Assembly (NCBI GenBank): GCA_040392565.1
Contig: JBEBVW010000001.1
Span: 1,197-65,196, forward strand
Length of the DNA: 64,000 nt
Direction: 5' to 3'
Source: Aeromicrobium sp.
Lineage (GTDB): Bacteria > Actinomycetota > Actinomycetes > Propionibacteriales > Nocardioidaceae
Part shown: piece after piece, positions 31,740 to 43,322 of the stretch
Layout of the letters: the number at the start of each line of letters is the position of its first letter
Numbering within the stretch: position 1 is the first letter of the stretch
Notes under the pieces: model-generated
The model's database searches: none
The model's input: only the letters and a program-made list of their open reading frames with translations
Told to the model about the DNA's origin: nothing
Made by a program: the position numbers and the translations under genes

Positions 31740-32657
31740 TCACCAGGGTTCGGCCAGCACACTGGCTACAGCCAGATGAAATGAAACTTCCTGGACGTCC
31801 TGCTCAACGGCGGCTTCGTGCGCATTGATGACGGAATGGACCAGCGACCATTCGCGAGCATCGTCGAGGTCGATCCTTGCCGCTTCGGCCACCAGCGAAA
31901 GCCGTTGTTGCACTTGCCAGTGGAACGTCGACCCAGATCCGTACTCATCAACGCGGTTGCGCAGTGCCGGATAGATCTCGAATCCGGGCGGCCCGGACAC
32001 CGGCTTGGGGTCGATGGCCAACCAACCTGGCTCTCGATCAGCAGCAAGCACGTTTTCGAAATGAAGGTCCAGGTGTAGTAGCCGCGGCTCGTAACGCCGG
32101 TTGTCGTAGATGCGAAGCGCGCGATCAATCCAGCGCCGAGGGATGGTGGGCGGGCGGCCCCGCATAGCGGCGATCTCGGCGGCGACAACGCTGGTGAACG
32201 CCGGGACAGTCCGCGGCGGCTCGACATTCAGCCGACCGAGGAGCGCACCGATAACCCGGCACGCCTGGTCGATGTCGACGGCGGTGAGATCTACGCCAAC
32301 GTGAAGCGCCTCCAGCAGAAGTGCATGCTGAGCGGGGTGGGCTGCGATCAGACCGACGGCACCTTGGCCTGCCCAATGGCGTAGCCCCAGGTGTTCGATA
32401 GCGGACTCCTGATGTGGCCAACTGATCTTGAGTACGAACTCTTCATCGTTTCGTACGACAGGCAGCACGAGTGCGTTGTGCCCGTTCATCGGCGCCCCGT
32501 TTCGCGTCAGGTTCCACGACAGGAGGCGATCAGTGACTATGCCCGGCAGCTGACGTAGCCAGGTCGGTCCATCGACTCCGACATCTGCGGCCCGATCGGC
32601 CATGCGCCGCGCCAAGTCGTCGGGTATCTCACTGGTTGTGAAGGCTGGCGAGGTCAT
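31740..32657 (-). CDS. Aminoglycoside/hydroxyurea phosphotransferase family (APH(6)-like)
   Basis: VLKISWP, LRHWAGQGAV, LLHLDLHFENVL, AIDPKP; start set at ATG 32657. Confidence 0.82.
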   Translation of the reverse strand: MTSPAFTTSEIPDDLARRMADRAADVGVDGPTWLRQLPGIVTDRLLSWNLTRNGAPMNGHNALVLPVVRNDEEFVLKISWPHQESAIEHLGLRHWAGQGAVGLIAAHPAQHALLLEALHVGVDLTAVDIDQACRVIGALLGRLNVEPPRTVPAFTSVVAAEIAAMRGRPPTIPRRWIDRALRIYDNRRYEPRLLHLDLHFENVLAADREPGWLAIDPKPVSGPPGFEIYPALRNRVDEYGSGSTFHWQVQQRLSLVAEAARIDLDDAREWSLVHSVINAHEAAVEQDVQEVSFHLAVASVLAEPW

Positions 32658-32734
32658 AGTCCCATCCTTGCTTGTCGGGCCTGACCTGTTCATATGTGCT
32701 GTTTCTCGCCGGATCAATCTCGTACGCTTCCGAC

Positions 32735-33931
32735 GTGACTGACTTTCCTGCCACTCGCCGCCTCATCCCCATGTCGGCGCGCGATCCGCAAGAACCACAT
32801 CGAGCAGCGAGTTCGCTGGAACTGTTCTTCGATCTTGTCTTCGTGGTTGCAGTATCAATTGCGGCTGTCGAACTGCACCACGCCGTGACCGAAGGCCATG
32901 TCTCCGACGGCATCGTGTCGTATCTGATGGTCTTTTTCGCCATCTGGTGGGCGTGGATGAACTTCACCTGGTTCGCCACGTCCTTCGACAACGACGACTG
33001 GCTGTATCGGGTGCTGACGTTCGTCCAGATGGCGGGAGTATTGGTCGTCGCCGCCGGCATCCACGACGCATTCAACGACGCCGAATTCACTCTTGTGGTG
33101 ATCGGTTATGTCTTAATGCGCATCGCGCTAGTGGCCCAGTGGCTGCGCGCTTCACGTCGCGCCGGAAAGTTGCGCCGCACCACGTTGACCTACGCCGCCG
33201 GAGTCACTGCGTTGCAGGTCCTGTGGATTGCCTTCTTGCTGGTGCCGGACGGCGCGTGGCTGATGCCGATCTTTATCGCCCTGGTTGCGCTTGAGATTGC
33301 CGTTCCGGTTGTCGCGGAGTCTTGGGGACAGACACCTCGCCACCCGCACCACATCACCGAGCGGTACAGCTTATTCACGCTGATCCTGCTCGGTGAAAGC
33401 CTGCTCGCATCGGCGAATGCCGTGATCACGGCGTTCAACGAAGACGCCGCCGACACTGGGTCACTGATTGTGATCGCAGTTCTCGCGTTCACCGTGACTG
33501 CCTGCCTGTGGTGGATCTATTTTTGGCCGCCGCATCATGAGGCGATCGGCACCATGCGCGAATCACTTATTTACGGGTACGGCCACTACATCGTGTTCGC
33601 GGCGGCGGGTGCGTTCTCCGCGGGGATCGAAGTTGAGCTCGACGTCCTGGCACATCACAGCAAGTTGAGCGAAACACAGGCATCGTTCACTGTGACGGTT
33701 CCGATCGCCATCTTCATCCTCGGTGTCTGGTGGATCGCAATGCGTCGCTGTGGCGATGGCGTGGTCAACACAGTGGTTCCGCTCGGAGCAGTGCTGGTGC
33801 TCCTTGATCCGGTCATCCCGATTCCGATCACACTGACGGCCGTCATCATGGTGGTCATCGTCGCGGTGTTGGTGCTGCGTGATCCGAGCAGGAATGAAGA
33901 TGCCGAACGTCAGTTGGCCGCTTTAGGGTGA
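32735..33931 (+). CDS. ltrA: Low temperature requirement protein A family
   Basis: LELFFDLVFVVA, WWAWMNFTWF, ERYSLFTLILLGE; TACGCT -10 six nt before GTG 32735. Confidence 0.88.
   Translation: MTDFPATRRLIPMSARDPQEPHRAASSLELFFDLVFVVAVSIAAVELHHAVTEGHVSDGIVSYLMVFFAIWWAWMNFTWFATSFDNDDWLYRVLTFVQMAGVLVVAAGIHDAFNDAEFTLVVIGYVLMRIALVAQWLRASRRAGKLRRTTLTYAAGVTALQVLWIAFLLVPDGAWLMPIFIALVALEIAVPVVAESWGQTPRHPHHITERYSLFTLILLGESLLASANAVITAFNEDAADTGSLIVIAVLAFTVTACLWWIYFWPPHHEAIGTMRESLIYGYGHYIVFAAAGAFSAGIEVELDVLAHHSKLSETQASFTVTVPIAIFILGVWWIAMRRCGDGVVNTVVPLGAVLVLLDPVIPIPITLTAVIMVVIVAVLVLRDPSRNEDAERQLAALG
33908..33929 (+). promoter_or_regulatory. PafBC-type (RecA-NDp-like) promoter embedded in the ltrA 3' end
   Basis: CGTCAG-N10-TAGGGT, then 7 nt to ATG 33937. 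Confidence 0.6.
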
Positions 33932-33936
33932 ACCTC

Positions 33937-36303
<2,367 letters not shown>

Positions 36304-36340
36304 GCCCGCAGAAACCGCCAATCTGCGGCACACTGGGCGC

Positions 36341-37441
36341 GTGAGCCCCCGCGCAGCCAAGGACGACAACACTCCCGACGCCAAATCACGGCAATCTGTC
36401 GTCAATCTGTGGGACTTTCTTGTCAAAGGCGGGATCGCTGATCTCACCCGCACGCCTTCGCAGATCATCGATACCGGCCGCACGCGCGAAGTGCACCGCT
36501 ACGACAAGGCACCTGGGGTCCGCAGTAAGGGGCTACCCGTCTTGTTGGTGCCACCGCTGGGGTCGCAAGCAAGTTGCTTTGACCTGCGCCGCGGACTCTC
36601 GCTCGCGGAGGACTTCGTGCAACGTGGGCGCCCGACATATTTGGTCGACTACGGCCCGCTGACTGGCGATGACCGCAAAGTCGGCATCGAACACTTCATC
36701 AATGACGTCCTTCCACCAGCGATTCGCAAGGTGTCAGAAGACGCCGGCGGCCGCGATGTTCACTTAGTCGGTTGGTGCATGGGTGGCCTGCTGTCGATGG
36801 GCACCACAGCGATCTACGACGACCTCCCGGTTCGGTCACTCACGATGGTCGCGAGTCCATTCGATATGTCCAAGCAGCCGCTACTGAAGCCGGTCCAGGC
36901 AGTCGCGAAGTTGACTGGTGGCCGCTTGATCGGCAGCGCGCTGAAGGCGGCAGGAGCTGTTCCCGCACCACTGGTCAGCATCGGCTTTAAGGCCACTGCG
37001 TTGCCGACCTATTTGAAGAAGCCCCGCACCCTGTGGACCAATCGCCAAGATCGCGAGTTCCTCGGACACGTCCAGGCCATCGACGAGATCATGAACAACA
37101 TGCTGGCCTATCCGGGTCGGGCCACATTGCAGGTCTACCAGCGCATGGCGCTGCGTAATGAACTTGCAACTGGCCAGATTCAGGGGCCCACACACTTGAT
37201 CGATTTGGCTAACGTGCGCGTGCCCGTCATGAATGTCGCGGGGGAGTCCGACGCATTGGTGCCAGCTGCCGCAGCGCACCACGTCGGAGACCTACTGCCA
37301 AACTCGCCGGACGTGCGTCTGCCGCTCGCGCCGGGAGGACACCTGGGTGTTCTCACCGGAACCGCTGCACCTGACACGACGTGGACCGAAATCAACGCCT
37401 TCCTGTCCGCGCACGACCGCAAGCCACGACGTCAAGGCTGA
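36341..37441 (+). CDS. PhaC-like alpha/beta hydrolase (PHA synthase-like)
   Basis: PVLLVPPL, GWCMGG with catalytic Cys, D (ESDALV), H (GGHLG). Confidence 0.75.
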   Translation: MSPRAAKDDNTPDAKSRQSVVNLWDFLVKGGIADLTRTPSQIIDTGRTREVHRYDKAPGVRSKGLPVLLVPPLGSQASCFDLRRGLSLAEDFVQRGRPTYLVDYGPLTGDDRKVGIEHFINDVLPPAIRKVSEDAGGRDVHLVGWCMGGLLSMGTTAIYDDLPVRSLTMVASPFDMSKQPLLKPVQAVAKLTGGRLIGSALKAAGAVPAPLVSIGFKATALPTYLKKPRTLWTNRQDREFLGHVQAIDEIMNNMLAYPGRATLQVYQRMALRNELATGQIQGPTHLIDLANVRVPVMNVAGESDALVPAAAAHHVGDLLPNSPDVRLPLAPGGHLGVLTGTAAPDTTWTEINAFLSAHDRKPRRQG

Positions 37442-38352
37442 GTTGACGCTTGGGTTTCAGGCACCCGAAGGACAGCCACAGCGGACAGAATGAGCGCACC
37501 GCCGAGCCAGCCAATTAGGGGGAGTTGCTCGTCGAGCAGCGCGACCGCGAGCAATGCGGCAGTCAGCGGCTCAACCAACGTCACGATGGTGGCGACAGAT
37601 CCTGAAATCGTGCGCAGTCCGGCATAAAGAAGGCCGTAGGCAAGAGCCATCGTCGCGATGCCGAGGTAGAGAAGCAGTGCTAGCGACACACCACTGCCAG
37701 GCATCACCGGCTGGCTGCTCAGTCCTGCAGCGACGAGGAACGGTGCCAGCACCAGCGCTCCGGCCGCAGTGGCGCCGGTGGTCAATGCCAACGGGTCGAC
37801 TTTCCCTGTGAGATGACGGCCTAGGAGAGTGGTTGCAGCGTAGGTCATGCCCGAGGCGATCGCGAGCAAGATGCCGAGTAATTGCTGGTCAGAGGTATTA
37901 TCTCGAGCTTCTCCAGATGAACTCATGAGTACCAATCCGGTGAGCGCAACAACCAGAACTACCGATTGGCGAGGGGAGGGGAGCGTACGCGCTCTCCCGT
38001 GTTCCCAAGCCATGGCCGCGGTTGGCGCAAGCCCCAGCGAAACCACCGTGGCAACACTGACGCCCACCATCAATACGGACGCGAAATACAAGCACTGATA
38101 GGTAGAAGTCAGCGCGCCGATCGTGAACCCAAGTCGCGGATGTTGGCGAACAGTTGCCACGACAGACTTCCAGCGCCCGCAGATCAGGCAGAAGACGAGC
38201 AACGCACCAGTGGCGACCACCATGCGAAGTGCGCTGACGGTCAGCGCGCTCAGGCCATCGCGATCATTCAGGACGGTCACGACCAGTCCGCCAGTGCCCC
38301 ACAACACCCCAGCCAGGCACACCTGGAGCCAGCCGACGCGTATTTGGTTCAC
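37432..38352 (-). CDS. DMT/EamA transporter
   Basis: AGVLWGTGG, EPLTAALLA; about 10 TM segments. Confidence 0.88.
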   Translation of the reverse strand: MNQIRVGWLQVCLAGVLWGTGGLVVTVLNDRDGLSALTVSALRMVVATGALLVFCLICGRWKSVVATVRQHPRLGFTIGALTSTYQCLYFASVLMVGVSVATVVSLGLAPTAAMAWEHGRARTLPSPRQSVVLVVALTGLVLMSSSGEARDNTSDQQLLGILLAIASGMTYAATTLLGRHLTGKVDPLALTTGATAAGALVLAPFLVAAGLSSQPVMPGSGVSLALLLYLGIATMALAYGLLYAGLRTISGSVATIVTLVEPLTAALLAVALLDEQLPLIGWLGGALILSAVAVLRVPETQASTQP

Positions 38353-38369
38353 CGGAGAAATCTACTGAC

Positions 38370-38388
38370 CCTCATGCCAGGTATGAGG
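38370..38388. promoter_or_regulatory. Imperfect palindrome between divergent DMT and TetR genes
   Basis: CCTCATGCC-A-GGTATGAGG (8/9 match). Confidence 0.5.
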
Positions 38389-38392
38389 CAGG

Positions 38393-39001
38393 ATGTCCAC
38401 CATGGCGTCAGGTGAAGAACCTCGCAATCTGCGAACCTACGGCGGCGCATCAGCAATACAACGCCTTGATGACCGCCGTCAGCGACTCCAGGCGGCTGTT
38501 GTTGCCATCATTGGTCGAGCTGGCTGGGCCTCTGCCACAGTGCGCGCTGTCGCCGCTGAAGCAGGAATCGGCCCGCGTTTTCTCTACGAGAGCTACAGCG
38601 ACGTCGACGATCTCGCCACCAGTACGTACGACGAAGTCGGCGCTGAGCTGATTGCCGACGCTGTGGCTGCCTACACCAAGCACGACAACGTTCCTGACAG
38701 CGCTCAGGCAGCAGTCAGTTCGATCGTCCACGGACTGCTTGGCGATCCTGTCCGCGCCAAATTCCTGCTGTCAGAAGCCCCAGGGCTCGTGGCTCGGCGC
38801 ATCGAGTTCATCACCAACTCAGCTGAAGAATTCGCCAGGTTGTCGACACAGACACCTGAGGAACAAATCGCATCACGTCGTCGCGGAATCTTCGCTGCAG
38901 CCGGCGGCCTCGAACTCATTCGCATCCGCCTCGATGGTGAAGACGACGCACTCGATGCAGCCAGCATTACGCACACGATCACACAGGCTCTTCTCCCATA
39001 A
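38393..39001 (+). CDS. TetR family regulator
   Basis: RTYGG..RRQRL..TVRAVAAEAGIGPRFLYESY. Confidence 0.85.
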   Translation: MSTMASGEEPRNLRTYGGASAIQRLDDRRQRLQAAVVAIIGRAGWASATVRAVAAEAGIGPRFLYESYSDVDDLATSTYDEVGAELIADAVAAYTKHDNVPDSAQAAVSSIVHGLLGDPVRAKFLLSEAPGLVARRIEFITNSAEEFARLSTQTPEEQIASRRRGIFAAAGGLELIRIRLDGEDDALDAASITHTITQALLP

Positions 39002-39018
39002 CTCCCACAGTTCCACAG

Positions 39019-39046
39019 TTGGCCGATAATGCACATTATGTCAACT
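39019..39046 (+). other. Chromosome dimer resolution site dif (XerC/XerD)
   Basis: TTGGCCGATAA-TGCACA-TTATGTCAACT, 11-6-11 architecture like E. coli dif; gene-strand bias flips here. Confidence 0.88.
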
Positions 39047-39094
39047 AATGAAGGAATTGCAGTTCCCCAACCCACGAGCACCAGCTCGATCCCC

Positions 39095-39212
39095 TGGGCG
39101 GTGACTTAGTCGGCTCTGGCCGTGGCGGTCGGTGATCTCATCGGCCTACCGCGGCCGATTCGCCGAACAAGTCACCGCGTGCGAAGTCGAAAGCCGACTA
39201 AGTCACCGCCCA
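39095..39212. repeat. 118-bp element with perfect 21-bp terminal inverted repeats (REPIN/MITE-like)
   Basis: tgggcggtgacttagtcggct ... agccgactaagtcaccgccca, with degenerate internal copies. Confidence 0.8.
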
Positions 39213-39316
39213 CCTGCGTTCTGACACGCCGAGTTTCCACATAGTGAGACATGTGACCACGCTTCGGAATATCTGGCACTCTTGACCTTGAAAGCGCGTC
39301 CCCCAGAGGAGTTTCT

Positions 39317-40606
39317 ATGAGCGAGCAGTGGTCGTTTGAGACCAAGCAGATCCACGCCGGCCAGCAGCCCGATCCGACGACGGGTGCGATCGCTACGCCG
39401 ATTTACGCAACTACGGCCTACCAGTTCCGTGACACCCAGCACGCCGCTGACCTGTTCAGCCTCGCCGAGCCGGGCAATATCTACACGCGCATCATGAACC
39501 CGACACAGGACGTCGCTGAGCAGCGCATCGCTGCACTTGAAGGCGGCGTGGGCGCGCTTCTCGTGGCCTCAGGCCAGGCAGCCACCACCGGCGCTCTGAC
39601 AAACGTTGCCGAGGCCGGCGACCACATCGTTGCCTCCTCCAGCCTCTACGGCGGTACCGATTCGCTACTGCGCCACACCTTCCCCAAGCTCGGTATTGAA
39701 GTTTCCTTCGTCGCCGACGCCAATGACCCACAGCAGTGGCGCGACGCCACCAAGGAGAACACCAAGGCGTTCTTCGGCGAGACCGTCGGAAACCCGCGCG
39801 GCGACGTGCTCGATATCGCTGGCATCTCGGCTGTGGCTCGCGAGGTGGGTGTCCCCCTCATCGTCGACAACACCATCGCCACGCCGTACCTGCTGAACCC
39901 GCTGGAGCACGGCGCCAACACCGTCGTCCACTCGGCCACCAAGTACCTGAGCGGTCACGGCACCGTCATTGTCGGCGTCGTCATCGACGGCGGCACGTTC
40001 GACTACGGCGCCTACGGCGACAAGTTCCCCGGCTTCAACACTCCGGACGAGAGCTACCACGGCTTGGTCTACAGCGAAGCGCTTGGCCCGGCCGCGTACA
40101 TCGCCAAGCTGCGCGTTCAGTACCTGCGCAATGTTGGTCCCGCGGTGAGCCCGTTCAACGCGTTCCTGCTGCTGCAGGGTCTGGAAACGTTGAGCTTGCG
40201 CGTCAGCCGTCACAACGAGAACGCACTCTCCGTCGCCAAGTGGCTGGAGTCGCGCGAAGACGTGGCGTCGGTCAACTACCCCGGACTCGCATCGAGCCCG
40301 TACAACGGTTTGGCTCAGAAGTACCTGCGCAACGGCTCCACCGCCGTCCTTACCTTCGAGCTGCCGGGCGGCGTCGACGCCGGACGCAAGTTCATCGATG
40401 CGCTGCAGTTGCACGCTCACGTTGCCAACCTCGGCGATGTTCGCTCGCTGGCCATCCACCCGGCATCCACCACGCACAGCCAGTTGACTGCCGAAGAGCA
40501 GCTCGGCGCTGGCGTTACGCCCGGTTTGGTCCGTCTGGCCGTTGGCATCGAAGGTATCGACGACATCATCGCCGATCTCGAGGTGGGCCTGGCCGCAGCC
40601 AAGTAG
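39317..40606 (+). CDS. metY: O-acetylhomoserine aminocarboxypropyltransferase
   Basis: FETKQIHAG, IYTRIMNPT, HSATKYLSGHG, HPASTTHSQL. Confidence 0.94.
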   Translation: MSEQWSFETKQIHAGQQPDPTTGAIATPIYATTAYQFRDTQHAADLFSLAEPGNIYTRIMNPTQDVAEQRIAALEGGVGALLVASGQAATTGALTNVAEAGDHIVASSSLYGGTDSLLRHTFPKLGIEVSFVADANDPQQWRDATKENTKAFFGETVGNPRGDVLDIAGISAVAREVGVPLIVDNTIATPYLLNPLEHGANTVVHSATKYLSGHGTVIVGVVIDGGTFDYGAYGDKFPGFNTPDESYHGLVYSEALGPAAYIAKLRVQYLRNVGPAVSPFNAFLLLQGLETLSLRVSRHNENALSVAKWLESREDVASVNYPGLASSPYNGLAQKYLRNGSTAVLTFELPGGVDAGRKFIDALQLHAHVANLGDVRSLAIHPASTTHSQLTAEEQLGAGVTPGLVRLAVGIEGIDDIIADLEVGLAAAK

Positions 40607-40630
40607 CTCGCGACCAGTAAGAATAACCAC

Positions 40631-41704
40631 GTGAGACCACGGGGAACGACTCCTGATCTCCCTCTTGCCACCGGTGGGTGGCGGGAGGGAGATCTCGTCG
40701 GTTCGCGGCACTTCGCCCGCCTGGGGGCACTCCCCCTCGACGACGGTTCAGCCATCGATGTCACCACGGCGTACGAAACGTGGGGCGAGTACGACGGAAC
40801 CAATGCCGTTTTGATCCTGCACGCCCTGACTGGCGACTCGCACGTTCACGGTCCAGCAGGCAACGGCCATCCCACTGGCGGGTGGTGGGAGGACGTCGTC
40901 GGACCGGGCCTGCCGATCGATACCGATCGCTTTTTCGTTGTGGCGGCCAACATCTTGGGCGGCTGCCAAGGCACCACTGGCCCCCTCTCCCCTGCCCCAG
41001 ACGGCGAGCCTTGGGGACGGCGCTTTCCAGACGTCACGGTGCGTGATCAAGTTCGTGCTGAAGTTGCCTTGGCCGATCACCTCGGCATTGAGGTGTGGCA
41101 CACCGTGGTCGGCGGATCCGCTGGCGGAATGCGAGCTGTCGAATGGGCGGTTGAGCATCCGCACCGGGTGGAGCGCCTTTTCCTGCTGGCCTCCTCGGCG
41201 TCCGCCTCGGCTGAGCAGATCGCACTTTCCAGCACCCAACAGGCGGCGATCGCTGCCAATCCTGGACCTGCGGGCCTCGACGTGGCGCGCCAAATTGCAC
41301 ATATCGCCTACCGCAGCGAACCCGAACTTCAAGAACGCTTCGGACGCGACGTCCAGCCGGATGGACGATTCGCGGTTGCCTCATATCTTGAGCACCACGG
41401 CGCCAAATTGGTGCGCCGGTTTGATCCCGAGTCCTATCTTGTGCTGACCCGCGCCATGGATAGCCACGACGTTGGACGCGACCGCGGTGGCCTTGAAGCT
41501 GCACTCTCCCGCGTCACCGCACGCACAGTGGTCGCGGGCATCAGTTCAGACCGGCTTTATCCGCTCAACCAGCAGCAAGAACTCGCCGATCTCATCCCTG
41601 GCTGTGACGGCCTTGCCGTCGTCGAGTCGCTCTTCGGTCACGATGGCTTCCTCATTGAAGCCGATCAAGTAGGAATTCTTGCGCGCAAACTGATGGATTC
41701 GTGA
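40631..41704 (+). CDS. metX: Homoserine O-acetyltransferase
   Basis: HALTGDSH, GGCQGTTGP, GGSAGG, RFD, GHDGFL. Confidence 0.93.
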   Translation: MRPRGTTPDLPLATGGWREGDLVGSRHFARLGALPLDDGSAIDVTTAYETWGEYDGTNAVLILHALTGDSHVHGPAGNGHPTGGWWEDVVGPGLPIDTDRFFVVAANILGGCQGTTGPLSPAPDGEPWGRRFPDVTVRDQVRAEVALADHLGIEVWHTVVGGSAGGMRAVEWAVEHPHRVERLFLLASSASASAEQIALSSTQQAAIAANPGPAGLDVARQIAHIAYRSEPELQERFGRDVQPDGRFAVASYLEHHGAKLVRRFDPESYLVLTRAMDSHDVGRDRGGLEAALSRVTARTVVAGISSDRLYPLNQQQELADLIPGCDGLAVVESLFGHDGFLIEADQVGILARKLMDS

Positions 41705-41776
41705 CGCCGCTGCCTGCTTTCTGACATGGGCCGCTGTCCCCAACAAGACAGCCTGTGACCTGTATAAATGGCAGAA

Positions 41777-42403
41777 CTAGGCCTCAAATGGCGACGGATC
41801 TCCCGCTCCGACTCGGACCACCTCGGCGACCCCATCACTGAGGTCGACGACGGTCGTGGGCGCGGCAAGGACCTCAATGCCGGACTCGATGACCGCGTCG
41901 ATCTTCCCGTCGAGCTCGTCGGCAATTTCCCACGCCTGGGTCATCGCTTCGGTGTGACCAGGCAAAATCAGCGTGGTCGACAAGATCGGTTCTCCGAGCG
42001 TCGCCAGTAACGCTTGGACGATGGGGTGGGTCGGGATCCGCACGCCGACTGTCTTCTTCTTCACCTGCAGAAGACGCCGCGGCACTTCGCGAGTGCCGGG
42101 CAGGATAAATGTGTACGGTCCGGGTGTCGCAGCCTTCACAGCTCTAAACACCGCGTTGTCGACATGGACGAACTGGCCGAGTTGCGAGAAGTCCTTGCAG
42201 ACCAAGGTGAAGTGATGTTTGTCATCGAGTTGCCTGATCGCCTTGATGCGATCCAGCGCATTTGCATTGCCGATTTGGGCGCCCAGGGCGTATCCCGAAT
42301 CGGTGGGATAGGCGATGAGTCCGCCTTCGCGTAAAACGTCAACAGCCTGATCGACCGTCCGCTGCTGAGGATTCTCGGGATGAATGTCGATGTACCGGAC
42401 CAT
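41777..42403 (-). CDS. Sua5/YciO/YrdC family (YciO-like)
   Basis: IHPENPQQR, YPTDSGYA, PGPYTFIL, VGVRIP. Confidence 0.9.
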   Translation of the reverse strand: MVRYIDIHPENPQQRTVDQAVDVLREGGLIAYPTDSGYALGAQIGNANALDRIKAIRQLDDKHHFTLVCKDFSQLGQFVHVDNAVFRAVKAATPGPYTFILPGTREVPRRLLQVKKKTVGVRIPTHPIVQALLATLGEPILSTTLILPGHTEAMTQAWEIADELDGKIDAVIESGIEVLAAPTTVVDLSDGVAEVVRVGAGDPSPFEA

Positions 42404-42509
42404 GTCCTGACCATAGCGAGCCCATGGTCAAACGTCCGCTATCTGGACGCGTCGAGTGACCGGACTCCACGAACTTAGTGTTGTCGCGACAACGAAGGGA
42501 GGCAGCACA

Positions 42510-43322
42510 GTGGTTGAACGCCAGGGCAGCATCACGCTCGCTGAACGCCGTGCACGCCAGCTTCGACATGATGCCGAGCGCCATGAGCACCAGCAGGCTC
42601 GGCAGCACCTTCTGGCGACGGAACGTCGTACTTCCGAGCAACTCCGTAATCTCGCCGAGGCCGCCGCTGCACATTTTGATCGACTCGAAACGACTACCGC
42701 AGAAGTGTTGACGTGGGTTGCTGAGACGTTCGGCTACCGCACCGCCGTCGCTTGCTCAATGGCTGACGCCGTGCTGCCAGCGGTCGTGGCCGAACACCTC
42801 CCCTGGGTCGACACGCTGTTCCTCGACACCGGCTATCACTTCGCCGAGACGCTCGGCACGCGTGACGCCATCGAGGCCAGCTTGCGGCTCACCATCATCG
42901 ACGTTCGGCCACGTCAGTCGATAGTTGAGCAGGACGCCGAATTCGGTGAGAAGTTGCACGACCGAGACCCGAGTTTGTGCTGCGCGCTACGCAAGGTGCA
43001 ACCGCTACATGAAGCTCTCCAGAACTACGAAGTGTGGATTGCTGGCGTCCGACGAGACGAGGGTGAGTCACGTGCACACACACCGTGGGTCACCTGGGAT
43101 GACAAGAACGGTCTGGTCAAGGTCAATCCGCTCGTCAACTGGTCATTTGACGATGTCATGACCTACGCCGGTGAGCACGACATCACGGTCAATCCGTTGG
43201 TTGCTGACGGCTATCCCTCAATCGGCTGCGCCCCATGCACCCGGCGGGTCGACCCTGGCGAAGATCCGCGTGCTGGCCGCTGGGCGGGGTTCAGTAAGAC
43301 CGAGTGTGGACTTCACACGTGA
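42510..43322 (+). CDS. cysH: APS/PAPS reductase (4Fe-4S type)
   Basis: LDTGYHF, CCALRK, SIGCAPCT, KTECGLH; AAGGGAGG SD before GTG 42510. Confidence 0.93.
   Translation: MVERQGSITLAERRARQLRHDAERHEHQQARQHLLATERRTSEQLRNLAEAAAAHFDRLETTTAEVLTWVAETFGYRTAVACSMADAVLPAVVAEHLPWVDTLFLDTGYHFAETLGTRDAIEASLRLTIIDVRPRQSIVEQDAEFGEKLHDRDPSLCCALRKVQPLHEALQNYEVWIAGVRRDEGESRAHTPWVTWDDKNGLVKVNPLVNWSFDDVMTYAGEHDITVNPLVADGYPSIGCAPCTRRVDPGEDPRAGRWAGFSKTECGLHT

Noticed and set aside
39050-39316. SAM-I/SAM-IV riboswitch upstream of metY
   Set aside because: No recognisable core (e.g. GGCAACC); the structure present is the inverted-repeat element
39665-40711. Long alternative-frame and antisense ORFs over metY (similar ones over arc, FKBP, HTH-MurA, gcvP)
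   Set aside because: Expected from high-GC codon bias; no recognisable domains
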